Assembly (NCBI GenBank): GCA_001856825.1 | Contig: ATMD01000001.1 | Span: forward strand, 114,581-178,580 | DNA from: Thermoplasmatales archaeon I-plasma | GTDB lineage: Archaea; Thermoplasmatota; Thermoplasmata; Thermoplasmatales; GCA-001856825 | DNA: 64,000 bases | Direction of reading: 5' to 3' | Shown here: one piece after another, positions 51,624-62,213 of the stretch | How positions within the stretch are numbered: position 1 is the stretch's first letter | Layout: each line of letters begins with the position of its first letter | Notes under the pieces: generated by a model | The model's input: only the letters and a program-made list of their open reading frames with translations | The model's database searches: none | What the model was told of the DNA's origin: nothing | Made by a program: the position numbers and the translations under genes

Positions 51624-53452
51624 TAATCCATCACCTCTATCGCATTAAACGGGCAGACAAGTGGCTCTGTGCACACTGAACAGCCATCGCACAGTTCGGG
51701 ATCTATCTTCACCTTTCCATCCTCGAAGTAGAAGGCTGCGCAAGAGAAATTCTTGATGCAGTTGTAGCATTGCGTGCACTTGTCCTGATTTATCTGGAAT
51801 ATCTTCGTTTCTGATGGCGATTTCTTCCTGTCAGCCTCGAGTGCACACTCCCTCTTGCTTATTATTACCGCAAGCTCATCTGACTTCAGCGCCTTCTTGA
51901 ATGTCTCGAGTGAATTCTTAAGGTCGTACGGGTCCATCGTATATACGTTCTTTATGCCAATCCCCCTGACCACGCTCTCTATGTCGACCTTCCTGAAAGG
52001 TGGGCTCGTCTCCGGGGTTGGCTGCCCTCCAGTCATTGCAGTAATTGAATTGTCAAGTATAACAAGAACGAAGTTGTGGTTGTTGTGATATGCATTGATC
52101 AGTGCGGGTATACCAGCGTGGAAGAAGGTGCTGTCGCCTATGAAGCTTACGACCCTCTCCTTGGCACTCATCGCGTATCCACTCGATGAACCAAGTGAAG
52201 AACCCATCGAGTAACAGAAATCCCCTAGATTGTATGGTTGATAATATCCGAGGGTATAGCAGCCTATGTCGGTTGGAGCAATCGGGTTCCGGATCCCGAG
52301 CTGCTTCATTGCAAGTGTTGCAACGTAATATGAGGCACGATGAGGGCAGCCCGGGCACAGAACGGGTTCCCTTTCAGGAATGATAGTGGCAGCTGGCTTG
52401 TTTGTATTGAAAGGTATTCCGTATATGGTAGACAGGAATGAGGCCACTCTGTCAACGTCCATCTCGTAGGATGTCGGAACGCTACCGTTCAGCTTTCCGT
52501 AGAACTTCTTGTTTATTGAGTGAAGTGCGCACTCCTGTAGCACCTGTTCCTCAATGAAAGGTCCTCCTTCCTCCACGAATATGACCCTTTCTGCACCTCT
52601 GATCTCGTCGGTGATTCTTTCCAGGTCAAGGGGGAAGCTCATTCCTATCTTCATTATCCTTGCACTTGCCTTAAGCATCTGCAATGCTTCGTCTATGTAA
52701 TTGTAAGCAGCACCTGATGTGATTATGAGTGTTGATGAATCTCCATAAACGGCATCAAATCTGGTCTGGTACTTTGCAGCGGAAACATTCTCAATTCTCT
52801 TCGCTATTGACAGCTGTGCCTTGTAGGCGTTCTCAGGGAGAAGAACATATGAAGGGTCCTTCTTGTACGACCATTCATTCTTTTTCCTGATTGGTCCAAG
52901 CTTGACCGGTGCCCTTATGTGTGATATCCTTGTGACGCTTCGTATGAGAACGGGATGACCAACTTCCTCAGATACGTCAAACGCCTTGATAACGAAATCC
53001 TTCAGCTCCTGCGGGCTTGATGGCTCAACTACAATGGTCTTTGCAAATTTACCAAGGAACCTGTTGTCCTGTTCGTTTTGTGATGAGTGCATTGAAGGGT
53101 CATCTGCGGAGAAAACAACCAACCCCCCCTTCACCCCGGAGCCTGATAGGGAAACGAAAGAATCCATTGCGACATTCAGTCCAACGTGTTTCATGAAGAC
53201 GAAAGATCTCAACCCGCCTGAGGAAGCTGCAGCAGCTATCTCCAGTGCGACCTTCTCATTTGTTGCGAATTCGAACTTTATTCCCATCCTCTCTGACAGC
53301 TTGTAAAGGACGTCCCCTATCTCTGAACTGGGTGTTCCCGGGTATGTTGCTGCTACAGAAACACCTGCCTCATATAGACCCCTGGCGACTGCCTCATTTC
53401 CAAGAAGAAACTCATCCTGTCCCTGAGCATCCAGGAGAGGCTCTGATTGCAT
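51623..53452 (-). CDS. iorA: Indolepyruvate:ferredoxin oxidoreductase alpha subunit
   Basis: GNEA.ARG, YPGTPSSEI, MKHVGLNVA, CPGCPHR, GDSTFFH.G, C-terminal ferredoxin. Confidence 0.95.
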   Translation of the reverse strand: MQSEPLLDAQGQDEFLLGNEAVARGLYEAGVSVAATYPGTPSSEIGDVLYKLSERMGIKFEFATNEKVALEIAAAASSGGLRSFVFMKHVGLNVAMDSFVSLSGSGVKGGLVVFSADDPSMHSSQNEQDNRFLGKFAKTIVVEPSSPQELKDFVIKAFDVSEEVGHPVLIRSVTRISHIRAPVKLGPIRKKNEWSYKKDPSYVLLPENAYKAQLSIAKRIENVSAAKYQTRFDAVYGDSSTLIITSGAAYNYIDEALQMLKASARIMKIGMSFPLDLERITDEIRGAERVIFVEEGGPFIEEQVLQECALHSINKKFYGKLNGSVPTSYEMDVDRVASFLSTIYGIPFNTNKPAATIIPEREPVLCPGCPHRASYYVATLAMKQLGIRNPIAPTDIGCYTLGYYQPYNLGDFCYSMGSSLGSSSGYAMSAKERVVSFIGDSTFFHAGIPALINAYHNNHNFVLVILDNSITAMTGGQPTPETSPPFRKVDIESVVRGIGIKNVYTMDPYDLKNSLETFKKALKSDELAVIISKRECALEADRKKSPSETKIFQINQDKCTQCYNCIKNFSCAAFYFEDGKVKIDPELCDGCSVCTEPLVCPFNAIEVMD

Positions 53453-54334
53453 TCAACTCTGCTCCTTCTTCAGCAGGGACTCCCATCTTTCGTCCACCGC
53501 TTTCTGTACCTCTTCTACCTCATCTTCCCTGAGGTGGGCGAACCTTCCCTGCAGCGATAGGTATTCCGATACTGGTAACGTTTTCGCCGGTTTGTAGACC
53601 TTCAGCTTCCCGTCCCTGTACTCGTATAACGGGAATACCTTCGTTTCAACTGCTAGTTTGGAAATCTTCACGGTATCGGCAGAATTGTAGTACCATCCAG
53701 GTGGGCACGGCGAAAGTATCTGTATGAACTTAGGTCCCTTTATTGATTTGGCTATTGCCACCTTCCTCTCAAGGTCTTCAGGGAATCCTATTGTGGCAGT
53801 AGCCACGTAAGGAACGTTCTGTGCAATCATGAGGTCTGCAACAACCTTCTTGTTTTCCCTCTTATAGTCCCTCTTCGAACCAACAGGAGTCGTGGTTGTC
53901 CATGCCCCGTAGGGCGTGCTTCCGCTTCTCTGTATCCCTGTATTCATGTAGGCCTCGTTGTCGTACATCACGTAGAGTACGTTATGCCCTCTTTCCATCG
54001 CAGCGCTGAGCCCCTGGAGACCGATATCAGCCGTCCCTCCATCGCCTGCAAATGCAAGAACAGTGTAGTCTTCCTTTCCCTGCGCATCAAGGCCTTCCCT
54101 GAGTCCAGAAATTGACGCACCTGCGGATGCGAACGTGGTATAGATCAACGGCACCTTTAGGGCAGTATAAGGGAATTCCCCTGGTATTACGGCCCAGCAG
54201 CAAGCTGGAATTGCAACCGCACTCTTCTCGCCCGCCCCCTTTAGGACGTACCTCATGGATAGCGTGGCTCCGCATCCTGCGCAGGCTGTATGCCCCTGCA
54301 GCATTAACTCTTCCCTCGGAATCGTCAGAGGCAT
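53453..54334 (-). CDS. porB: Pyruvate/2-ketoisovalerate:ferredoxin oxidoreductase beta subunit
   Basis: GH.AC.GCG, GDGG..DIG, DNE.YMNTG.QRS, PCP.GW. Confidence 0.9.
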   Translation of the reverse strand: MPLTIPREELMLQGHTACAGCGATLSMRYVLKGAGEKSAVAIPACCWAVIPGEFPYTALKVPLIYTTFASAGASISGLREGLDAQGKEDYTVLAFAGDGGTADIGLQGLSAAMERGHNVLYVMYDNEAYMNTGIQRSGSTPYGAWTTTTPVGSKRDYKRENKKVVADLMIAQNVPYVATATIGFPEDLERKVAIAKSIKGPKFIQILSPCPPGWYYNSADTVKISKLAVETKVFPLYEYRDGKLKVYKPAKTLPVSEYLSLQGRFAHLREDEVEEVQKAVDERWESLLKKEQS

Positions 54335-55510
54335 CTATTTCACCCCCACGTTGATCCATTCCATTTCGTTGTCCCCTTCCACAAGATTTTCAAACATCTT
54401 CTCGTAATCCTTCACTCTGATGTCCCTTCCGCCGAGGCCAACAACATAATTCCTTACAGGAACGTCAGCCCTCCTGTACAGTGCGGATACAACATCTTCG
54501 AACGTCGGACCCCTCTGGCCGTACGATACGTTCCTCTCAACAACTCCCAGTCCCTTTAGTCCCTTCACTGCCTTGAGTATCTCCTCCCCGGGGAAAGGCC
54601 TGTAGAAATACAGCCTGATCAAACCAACCTTCTGCCCCTTCTCCCTCAGCTTCCTCACTGTGTACTTTGCAGTTGATGAAATTGCACCCGCAGTGATCAA
54701 TGCGTAATCCGCATCCTCCATCATGAAATTCTCCGTAAGTCCTGGAAGATTTGCTTCAAACAGGTTGTTGAAATTGGATATCTCTTCCCTTATGATTCCT
54801 GCGGCATTGTACATGCTGTCCCTCATGTCCTTCTTCATCTCCATGAAGGGTCCGTCTGGCGCCACCAGGGAGCCGTATCCTGCAGGATTCTTGTAATCTA
54901 TCTTGAAATCAAGGTCCAGGTCACCTAGGTAGTCATGGGCAGTCTTCTCGTCTCTAATTTCCACTGGCTCTGATGTGTGGGAGAGTGTGAACGCGTCCAG
55001 CATGTTCATGAGTGGAAGCAATATCTTCTTGTTCTCTGCTATCTTGTAGCCAAGGATCACGCTGTCCATCGCCTCCTGGTTGGATTCACAGTATACCTGC
55101 ATCCATCCCGTGTCCTTCTGGTTAAACGTATCAGTCTGTTCACCCCATATGCTCCAAGGCGGTCCTATCGCCCTGTTCACAACAGACATTACAAGCGGAA
55201 CCCTCATGCCGGCGGCCCAGTGAAGGTTTTCATGCATGTATAGAATGCCGTGTGATGATGATGCGGTATAAGACCTGGCACCCGTCAGTTCGCTCGCAAT
55301 CACGGAGGCCATTGCACTGTGCTCGCTCTCCACCTCTATGTACTTTGCATCTAACTCCCCGTTTGCAACCATATCTGCGAGCTTCTCAACTATCGTAGTC
55401 TGCGGAGTTATCGGGTAAGCTGAAACCACTTTCACTTTTGAAAGCTTGACGCCTGTTGCAACTGCCTCGTTTCCCGTCATTATCCTTCTAGACGATTGAA
55501 CTGCCTCCAC
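54335..55510 (-). CDS. porA: Pyruvate/2-ketoisovalerate:ferredoxin oxidoreductase alpha subunit
   Basis: YPITPQT, ESEHSA, GLGGRD. Confidence 0.9.
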   Translation of the reverse strand: MEAVQSSRRIMTGNEAVATGVKLSKVKVVSAYPITPQTTIVEKLADMVANGELDAKYIEVESEHSAMASVIASELTGARSYTASSSHGILYMHENLHWAAGMRVPLVMSVVNRAIGPPWSIWGEQTDTFNQKDTGWMQVYCESNQEAMDSVILGYKIAENKKILLPLMNMLDAFTLSHTSEPVEIRDEKTAHDYLGDLDLDFKIDYKNPAGYGSLVAPDGPFMEMKKDMRDSMYNAAGIIREEISNFNNLFEANLPGLTENFMMEDADYALITAGAISSTAKYTVRKLREKGQKVGLIRLYFYRPFPGEEILKAVKGLKGLGVVERNVSYGQRGPTFEDVVSALYRRADVPVRNYVVGLGGRDIRVKDYEKMFENLVEGDNEMEWINVGVK

Positions 55511-55511
55511 C

Positions 55512-55802
55512 TTAAATCTCCTCCCTGACCATTTCTATTGCGTCGAACGGGCACTCCGTTGCGCATATTCCACAGCCCTTGCAGTGGTCGTAGTCTATTG
55601 AAGGTGCCTCCAGGGCCTTGAACCTGTCGTTAGGTGCACCGAGGCTTACATCGGTTATCAGGTCTATAGCAACGTCAGGGCAGAATTTCCAGCATATTGA
55701 GCATCTTGTGCACTTTGAATAATCTATCACTGGCCTTGATGTCCTCCAGGATGACATCACCCTCGTTGAGGAAGACAGATAAGTTACAGGAACAATCGGC
55801 AT
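55512..55802 (-). CDS. porD: 2-oxoacid:ferredoxin oxidoreductase delta subunit (2x[4Fe-4S])
   Basis: WR..RP, CTRCSICWKFCP, CKGCGICATECP. Confidence 0.92.
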   Translation of the reverse strand: MPIVPVTYLSSSTRVMSSWRTSRPVIDYSKCTRCSICWKFCPDVAIDLITDVSLGAPNDRFKALEAPSIDYDHCKGCGICATECPFDAIEMVREEI

Positions 55803-55804
55803 CT

Positions 55805-56350
55805 TCAGTTCAACTCCGTCTCTTCGTACGCTTCCTGGATCGCGTTTACGTTCTCCTTCTTCTTGGAAGGAACGGTGTCTGAAGTTGCATTCTTGATTGA
55901 TTGAAGGGAAACAAGGTTGCTCACCTTTGCGAATGCTCCGAGGATCGCAGTGTTGACTATGGGGTGGGAAGGATCGCCGAGGCCATTCCTGAGCGCGATG
56001 CTTGTTGCATCAACGTATCCAACCCTGTACTTCCCTGCCTCCACCAGGTCACCGGTCTTGCCGTTCACTATGATCACACCATCACTCTTCAATCCCTCAG
56101 TCACATTCACGACCTTCATCAGTGATTTGTCAAGGACCACAACTGCATCCGGCTCGTATATCTGGCTCCTGAGCTCTATCTTCTTTTCATCAATCCTCGT
56201 GAACGCAGTTACAGGTGCACCCCGTCTTTCCGTGCCAAAGAATGGAAAGGACGTCACCCACTTGCTCTCCAGAAAAGCGGCAGTAGCAAGTATCTTTGAT
56301 GCTGTGACCGCACCTTGTCCACCTCTTCCGTGGAACCTTATTTCGTACAT
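55805..56350 (-). CDS. porG: 2-oxoacid:ferredoxin oxidoreductase gamma subunit
   Basis: [25 protein letters not shown]. Confidence 0.92.
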   Translation of the reverse strand: MYEIRFHGRGGQGAVTASKILATAAFLESKWVTSFPFFGTERRGAPVTAFTRIDEKKIELRSQIYEPDAVVVLDKSLMKVVNVTEGLKSDGVIIVNGKTGDLVEAGKYRVGYVDATSIALRNGLGDPSHPIVNTAILGAFAKVSNLVSLQSIKNATSDTVPSKKKENVNAIQEAYEETELN

Positions 56351-56542
56351 GTGTCACACTGTTTCCAATATTGCGGGATGCTATAAAAGGATGCTGAAAT
56401 TAGTTGTACCAAAACCTGCCAAAAACCCTGGAAAATACGGACTCTTGAATGATTTTTACATATTTCTGTCATCCGAAAAACCTGTACCAAGCCTAAACAC
56501 CAGAACAATAATCATATTATCTCCCAGATTATACCAAATTGC

Positions 56543-57439
56543 ATGGACATCCGAATACTCATTGGAGAGATTGTGAAGGGTATGGGATACAGGACTTATC
56601 CAGGGTATCCGGAGGATTACATATGGGTGGATCACGGTGATGGGTCTGGGGAGGTGATCATGCTCCTGGAAAACCAGGATCTGGAGAAGGTCAGGGAGTT
56701 CTACTCATCCACCGCATCCTTCCCCGGTGAAAGATTCCTCTTCATCCTAAATGATGCAGCGAACAAGGAAATACTTTCCTACTGCAAGAGCCACAAGATA
56801 ACAGCTGTATCAAGGGATGACACCGCAAAGCTGCTAGGGAAGGCACTAATAGACATGCAACTGTCAAGGAAGGTCGAGGGGAGGCCGAGGGTCCAGGGTA
56901 CAAAGGAGGACAAGGATTTCATTCTTGTTTACCTAGAGGAGGGCAACAACCCGAGATACATCCGTCCTGTAGTAAGCGGTGAGATGATCACAAGTTCCAT
57001 AGGTCTGAAAGCAGATCTCATATTCGTACCGTTCCACTTCTTCTCCTACTCGATGAAGCTCATGGAGGGGGATAATCTGGTTGTCAAGGAGGGGAACGTG
57101 ATGGTCAACGCAGTTAACGGGAAGGCGTCAAGGTCAATAAACGGCTACGAGTTGCTTGATTCATGGCCCACTACCCACAGGGAACTTGAGTTGAAATGGG
57201 AACCACTCGCCTCAATGGAAAGGGCTAAGAGATGGATAAGCGACAGCCTTGAGACCGAAGTAGTGGAGAAGAGCGAGACAGATGCATTCATCATATATTC
57301 CAGAACAAGGGTCAAGCCGCTTGAAGACACAATCAAGGTCACTTTCATCAACACATCCTTCTATCCCATATATTCATCTCCTGCCCTGGTAATGGACGGC
57401 TTCACCGGAGAGATAAAATCCATAAACGATTTCGTGTAA
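56543..57439 (+). CDS. Hypothetical protein with degenerate Mrr-like restriction-endonuclease fold at the N-terminus (tentative)
   Basis: I..MGY......D..., V.EF, ...I......A..LG pattern; ExK not evident. Confidence 0.7.
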   Translation: MDIRILIGEIVKGMGYRTYPGYPEDYIWVDHGDGSGEVIMLLENQDLEKVREFYSSTASFPGERFLFILNDAANKEILSYCKSHKITAVSRDDTAKLLGKALIDMQLSRKVEGRPRVQGTKEDKDFILVYLEEGNNPRYIRPVVSGEMITSSIGLKADLIFVPFHFFSYSMKLMEGDNLVVKEGNVMVNAVNGKASRSINGYELLDSWPTTHRELELKWEPLASMERAKRWISDSLETEVVEKSETDAFIIYSRTRVKPLEDTIKVTFINTSFYPIYSSPALVMDGFTGEIKSINDFV

Positions 57440-57564
57440 GATTGCTTCCAGATCAAATGCCTCTCCTCTGCAACATACTTTAAAGGATCATCGAAAGCCC
57501 GCAGATATCGGTATTCTCAGACGGAAAGGATAATAATAAGTAATTTATATTGACTGGGATATTA

Positions 57565-58104
57565 ATGCAAGAGGCAAGTGGCTCTGACTTGAAGTTTATA
57601 ATAGAATACGTGAAGCAGAGGAGAGGGATGAGTGGAGTGAGGATGTTGCTCAATAAGCTGAACACGCCGTCCATTCTCTTCACCGGACTTGGGAATATCG
57701 GCAGGACACAGATATTCCCCGAGGAAATTTACAAGAAGGTCATAGAGTCTGCAGCAGCTGTCCTCGGCGGTGACGAGAAGACGAGGCTCAACCAGCTTGG
57801 GTACGCACTCGGAGACAGGGCGAAGATGACAAAGTTCATAGCCAGATTCTCTACATCCAAGCAGCTCATCAGGCTCCTTGAGGACGGCATAATAACGGAT
57901 GTTCCATTCGTGAAATCGTCAGTCAACGATGTTTCAAAGCACATATCCATTCTGAGGATAACAGCTAGAAAGGGTGGAGACAAATTCCTCGACGTTGCTG
58001 ATGGGTACATAACAGCAGTTCTCGACCAGACTAGCAAGGAGCTGAAGATATCAGAGAAGAAGATGGGGAACGGAGAGCTTTCCTACAAATTTGTCATAGG
58101 CTAG
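57565..58104 (+). CDS. Hypothetical protein, H-NOX/V4R-like fold (tentative)
   Basis: G......EYV....G.....LL, FP......I..A...LG.....L..LG pattern. Confidence 0.7.
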   Translation: MQEASGSDLKFIIEYVKQRRGMSGVRMLLNKLNTPSILFTGLGNIGRTQIFPEEIYKKVIESAAAVLGGDEKTRLNQLGYALGDRAKMTKFIARFSTSKQLIRLLEDGIITDVPFVKSSVNDVSKHISILRITARKGGDKFLDVADGYITAVLDQTSKELKISEKKMGNGELSYKFVIG

Positions 58105-58113
58105 TGGTCATGC

Positions 58114-58833
58114 ATGAGCCTTGTCAAAGTTGAAAAAAGGGACAAGGTAGCCCGTGTAACATTGAACAGGCCCGAAAAGAAGAACGCCCTTTCTCCCGCT
58201 GTTATAGGGGAAATGGAAGGTGTGCTGAGGTCCCTGGAAAATGTTTCAGTCGTGATTGTTAGCGGCGAAGGCGGTTTCTTCTCCGCGGGAGGGGACCTGT
58301 CCGTCATGCTCTCTGCAGCCGAAGACCAGAGAAGGGAGTTCTCGAAGAGGGGCAATGACTTCATGGACTTCCTGCAGGATTTCGGTGCAATTACTATAGC
58401 GGCCATTGAAGGTGGTGCATACGGTGGCGGCCTGGAACTTGCGCTCAGCTGTGACCTGAGGGTCGCATCGTCAAAGACGAAGATGGGGTTGACGGAAATA
58501 GGTCTCGGGCTTATACCCGGCTGGGGGGGAATGAAGAGGATAGCAAGGATAGCAGGATACGGTGCTGCAAGGTACGTTGCACTTACTGGTAAGGTAATGG
58601 ACGGCAGTGAAGCCTACAGGTTAGGGATAGTGAACTACCTCTCTGACAACCCTGTTGAATATTCCAACGAACTTGCATCAGGTTTATCCCAGAAGTCATT
58701 GGACAGCATAAGGGCAATAAAGACGCTCCTCGGAACGGCCCAGTATTCGTCAGATCTGGAGGCAGACCTGTTTGGGAAGATACTGGGAACGCAGAATGCG
58801 AGAACAACCCTGGAGAAGTTCCTGAAGAAGTAA
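58114..58833 (+). CDS. Enoyl-CoA hydratase/isomerase (crotonase family)
   Basis: LNRPEK.NAL, FSAGGDL, GGG.ELAL.CD, E..LG.IPG.GG. Confidence 0.93.
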   Translation: MSLVKVEKRDKVARVTLNRPEKKNALSPAVIGEMEGVLRSLENVSVVIVSGEGGFFSAGGDLSVMLSAAEDQRREFSKRGNDFMDFLQDFGAITIAAIEGGAYGGGLELALSCDLRVASSKTKMGLTEIGLGLIPGWGGMKRIARIAGYGAARYVALTGKVMDGSEAYRLGIVNYLSDNPVEYSNELASGLSQKSLDSIRAIKTLLGTAQYSSDLEADLFGKILGTQNARTTLEKFLKK

Positions 58834-58835
58834 GA

Positions 58836-61547
58836 TCATTCCAGCCTTATCGCCGGTCTTCCAGGGAGGGCTTTCTTTGTGTGGGCACCCTCCTTGCTCA
58901 ACACAATCTCAACATTCAGGTATCTTGATAGATCGTCCTTATACTTCGTTATGACCTCCTCCTCGTTCCTCACGATTGGGGCGATGTCCTTCTTCTTCAT
59001 GAGCAACAGCAGGAAGTCCCTGTGTTCGGGTGTTGCCTCCTTTATCAACGTCTTCAGGTCCATTGATTTGGATTCATCCAGGAGTTTCCACTTCCACTCT
59101 TCTGCAGTGCCAATGATCATCCTGCTGGGTTTCATGTTCGAAACTTTCGTGATGCTCCTGAAGTCTTCAACTATTGACTCTATGAACTCCCACTCATACT
59201 CATGGTCCCTGAAGTTGTTTGTCATTGAGGGGTATCGCTGGAGGGAGGCAAAACCATCCCCGCCGTACATGGAATATATCTCTTCAGACATGAACGGGAT
59301 GACAGGCGATAGGCTCAATGCCCACTCCTTAGCAAATTTCCTTACTGCCCTCAATGCCCTCTCCTTTCCTGCAAAGTTCTCTAGGTCCCTTACGTCGTTC
59401 AATGCGTTGAAGAAAAGGTCTATTGTCGCTTCCCTTATCCTCATCGAGTCATAGTTCCTCGAACTCTTCTCGATCCTGTCTATCATCCTTGATACTATCC
59501 ACATGTCCCTCTCATCAGGTTCGGAAGTCGTGCTTCTTGCCTCATCCAGGAGTGAATAGAACCTTTCCAGCTTCTTTGAATAGTTCTCCACCTCGCTCGT
59601 CCTCCAGTCAACATCATACCATACATCTGCATTCGATGCAAGGTACATCCTGAAAAGGTCAGCGCCATATTTCCTCTTGACAGTTAGGAGAGGGTAAACG
59701 TTCCCCTTGCTCTTGCTCATCTTCTGCCCCTCAGATATCACCATGCCGCCTGTCGATATACCAACGGGCCACTCATTCTCAGGGAAGATTGCCACGTGGT
59801 TGAACAGGTAGAATGTGAGATGATTTGAAATGTGGGGGTAGCTTGTGTGCCTCAGGTCCACTGGATACCAGTAGAGGAATTCCTTCCTGGCCTCATTTGC
59901 CTCATTCCGTGTTGCCTCGCTCTTCCTTGAAATGTCTCCGCTACCGAAGAATATGTAGTCAAATAGGTCGTTGTCAATTTCCTCATACCTCATCCTCCTG
60001 AGGAAGGGCATTATTGTGTAGACAACGGTATAGATGGTTGAATCGCTCAGGCTTTCTATCACCCAGTCAGTATCCATCGGGAGCTTCGTACCCAGTCCCC
60101 TCTTCCTCGCACATGGTCTCTCCTTTATCCAGTCCACTGTCTGCAGGAACTGGTTCTTCAGGTTGTCAGGCTTCAGGTCCATCCTCCCTATCAGCTTCCT
60201 TACCTTTTCCTTCCACTCTTCAAGCGAATAATCGATGAACCACTGGTTCTTTATCACAGCGACTATGACGGGATTTCCCTCCCTCGTCTCCGCTTTCCTG
60301 GATGTTTCGTAGACAGGGATCGCAATGCCCATTTGTATCAAGTCCTCTATGATCAAGTCCTTGACGTCCTTCACAACCCTCCCCTTGAACCTACCCTTCA
60401 GTATCTTGCCGTGGTAGAACTCCTGCTCGTAAACGTATTTTGTAGCCTCCACCAGTTTTTCCCTGTCCTTCAAGCCTGATATGCCGAATTTCTTCCTGAT
60501 CTCCTCCATGTCAAGACGCTGATTTTCCATCTCTATGACCTGGATGTATTCCGGCTTCTCCGAAATCTCCATAAGGCCGACATGGTCCCATATTGAATGG
60601 GCAGGGACGGAATAATCAACTCCCGTTCCTATTTCAGGATCGACGAACTTCCCGGGGAATATGGGTATCTCCCTAGAGTAAAGCGGTTCCCGTGCCATCT
60701 TGTAGATGTAGTCGTTCACATCCACGTCCGAAATGAATTCAGCATCCCTCTGGTATTTTAGCTTCTCGTACCCCCTTCTGCTGACAATGAACGTCTGCCC
60801 CCTCATCCTTATCCTGCAGTATTGTATCTCAGGGTTCATGAATATGTTTGTAACGCCGTCAAGGGTCTCAGGTCTAACTGTTGAAGCCAGAAGTATGTCA
60901 TTCCCAAAGTAGAAGAACACCCCGGTGAACTGAGTGATGGATACTTTGTCCGTATCCCCTTCAAGTATGTCATCCTCCCCCACGGGGTTCCCTTCCTCTG
61001 CAGAATAAAGAATGGGGTAATCGCCTCTCTTTATCAGGTTCTTCTCCTTGAGGATGCTGAACTGCCATTCAACGAACTTGTTGTATATTGGTTCACCTGA
61101 CGTGAACTTCCTAGTCCAGTCTATGGAGAAGCCCATGTTTGTGAAATCATTGATGATTCGCTCCGAGAAATATGATGCAATGTTGTCCGGGATTGCAAAT
61201 TCCGAAACCTTCGAAGGATCGTCTCCGTATAGCTCAAGGTAGCTCTTGTAGAGGTTTATAGTCTGTGCATCCCCGTTCTCTATCTTCTTGCTGAACGCAA
61301 GTATTGGCGTGCCCGATATGTGGAATCCCATTGGGTAGAGGACGTTCAGCCCCTTCATCCTCTTGTACCTTGCAACTATGTCGCCTATGGTATATGTTCT
61401 TCCATGGCCTATGTGCAGTGCACCGTTGCAGTATGGCCATGGCACGGTGATGAGAAACTTTTCACCGTCCATCCTTGGCTCAAATGCCTTTTCCTCCTTC
61501 CACTTGCGCAGCCACTTCTCCTCTATTGAATTGAAATCGTATATCAC
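58836..61547 (-). CDS. leuS: Leucine--tRNA ligase (archaeal)
   Basis: PY.NG.LHIGH, T.RPET, IESLSDSTIY, KMSKS. Confidence 0.97.
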   Translation of the reverse strand: MIYDFNSIEEKWLRKWKEEKAFEPRMDGEKFLITVPWPYCNGALHIGHGRTYTIGDIVARYKRMKGLNVLYPMGFHISGTPILAFSKKIENGDAQTINLYKSYLELYGDDPSKVSEFAIPDNIASYFSERIINDFTNMGFSIDWTRKFTSGEPIYNKFVEWQFSILKEKNLIKRGDYPILYSAEEGNPVGEDDILEGDTDKVSITQFTGVFFYFGNDILLASTVRPETLDGVTNIFMNPEIQYCRIRMRGQTFIVSRRGYEKLKYQRDAEFISDVDVNDYIYKMAREPLYSREIPIFPGKFVDPEIGTGVDYSVPAHSIWDHVGLMEISEKPEYIQVIEMENQRLDMEEIRKKFGISGLKDREKLVEATKYVYEQEFYHGKILKGRFKGRVVKDVKDLIIEDLIQMGIAIPVYETSRKAETREGNPVIVAVIKNQWFIDYSLEEWKEKVRKLIGRMDLKPDNLKNQFLQTVDWIKERPCARKRGLGTKLPMDTDWVIESLSDSTIYTVVYTIMPFLRRMRYEEIDNDLFDYIFFGSGDISRKSEATRNEANEARKEFLYWYPVDLRHTSYPHISNHLTFYLFNHVAIFPENEWPVGISTGGMVISEGQKMSKSKGNVYPLLTVKRKYGADLFRMYLASNADVWYDVDWRTSEVENYSKKLERFYSLLDEARSTTSEPDERDMWIVSRMIDRIEKSSRNYDSMRIREATIDLFFNALNDVRDLENFAGKERALRAVRKFAKEWALSLSPVIPFMSEEIYSMYGGDGFASLQRYPSMTNNFRDHEYEWEFIESIVEDFRSITKVSNMKPSRMIIGTAEEWKWKLLDESKSMDLKTLIKEATPEHRDFLLLLMKKKDIAPIVRNEEEVITKYKDDLSRYLNVEIVLSKEGAHTKKALPGRPAIRLE

Positions 61548-61556
61548 GTCAACACC

Positions 61557-62099
61557 CTATCCCAAAATCATCACTGCTGCTGCAACAACTGTCGTCCATT
61601 CATCTGCATTCTTAACCGTTGACGATGCAGTCACGTTGCTCGTTAGCAGTATGGCATCATTCAGCCTGAACTTCCCGTTTTCGTCTAGTTGATATGAATC
61701 AAGTCCCATCGTGCTTGCCAGCATCTCTGCAGCAAGCTCTTCTGCAAATTTACCTGAAGCCTCAGGTGTTTCACCGAAACTGTGGTGCTCGCTGAGGTAT
61801 CCGTACATAGTCCTGTTCCGTGGTATTGCGAAACCTACCGATGCGGTTATCAGCCTGTTTAGTTCATTAGAGCTGTTCCTTGCGAGGACAAGATAGACGA
61901 TCTGCCCCGGTTTCAGCTCCTTCAACCCCTCCTCCCTGTCAACAAGTTCAGCATAGGGAGGGAATATGGAACTAACCTCTACTAGGTTGTATTTGGCTAT
62001 ATCTGCATCCCTGAGAGCGTTCTCAAATGAACCGAGCTGGCTCCTGTGGGTGCCAACTCCCTTGACAAAGAATATCTTTCGTGGCATCATCGACTGCAT
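61557..62099 (-). CDS. pdaD: Pyruvoyl-dependent arginine decarboxylase
   Basis: SFE.AL.DA.I..YNLV.VSSI.P (Ser-Ser cleavage site), GY.SE. Confidence 0.92.
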   Translation of the reverse strand: MQSMMPRKIFFVKGVGTHRSQLGSFENALRDADIAKYNLVEVSSIFPPYAELVDREEGLKELKPGQIVYLVLARNSSNELNRLITASVGFAIPRNRTMYGYLSEHHSFGETPEASGKFAEELAAEMLASTMGLDSYQLDENGKFRLNDAILLTSNVTASSTVKNADEWTTVVAAAVMILG

Positions 62100-62213
62100 T
62101 TCAGTGGTAAATCACATCTCGGCTTTATCCTTTTTCATCTCAAGGCAAAGCAGGCAGGTAATGGGAGGGCAGTAAAGGAATACAGAATCCAAGTTACAAA
62201 AGATTTAATAACT

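Noticed and set aside
56405..56492. Short repeats TGTACCAA and AAAACCTG upstream of the por operon
   Set aside because: Short, irregularly arranged and in A-rich sequence; not distinguishable from chance
55917..56576. 219-aa + strand ORF
   Set aside because: Antisense shadow of porG extending through the intergenic region
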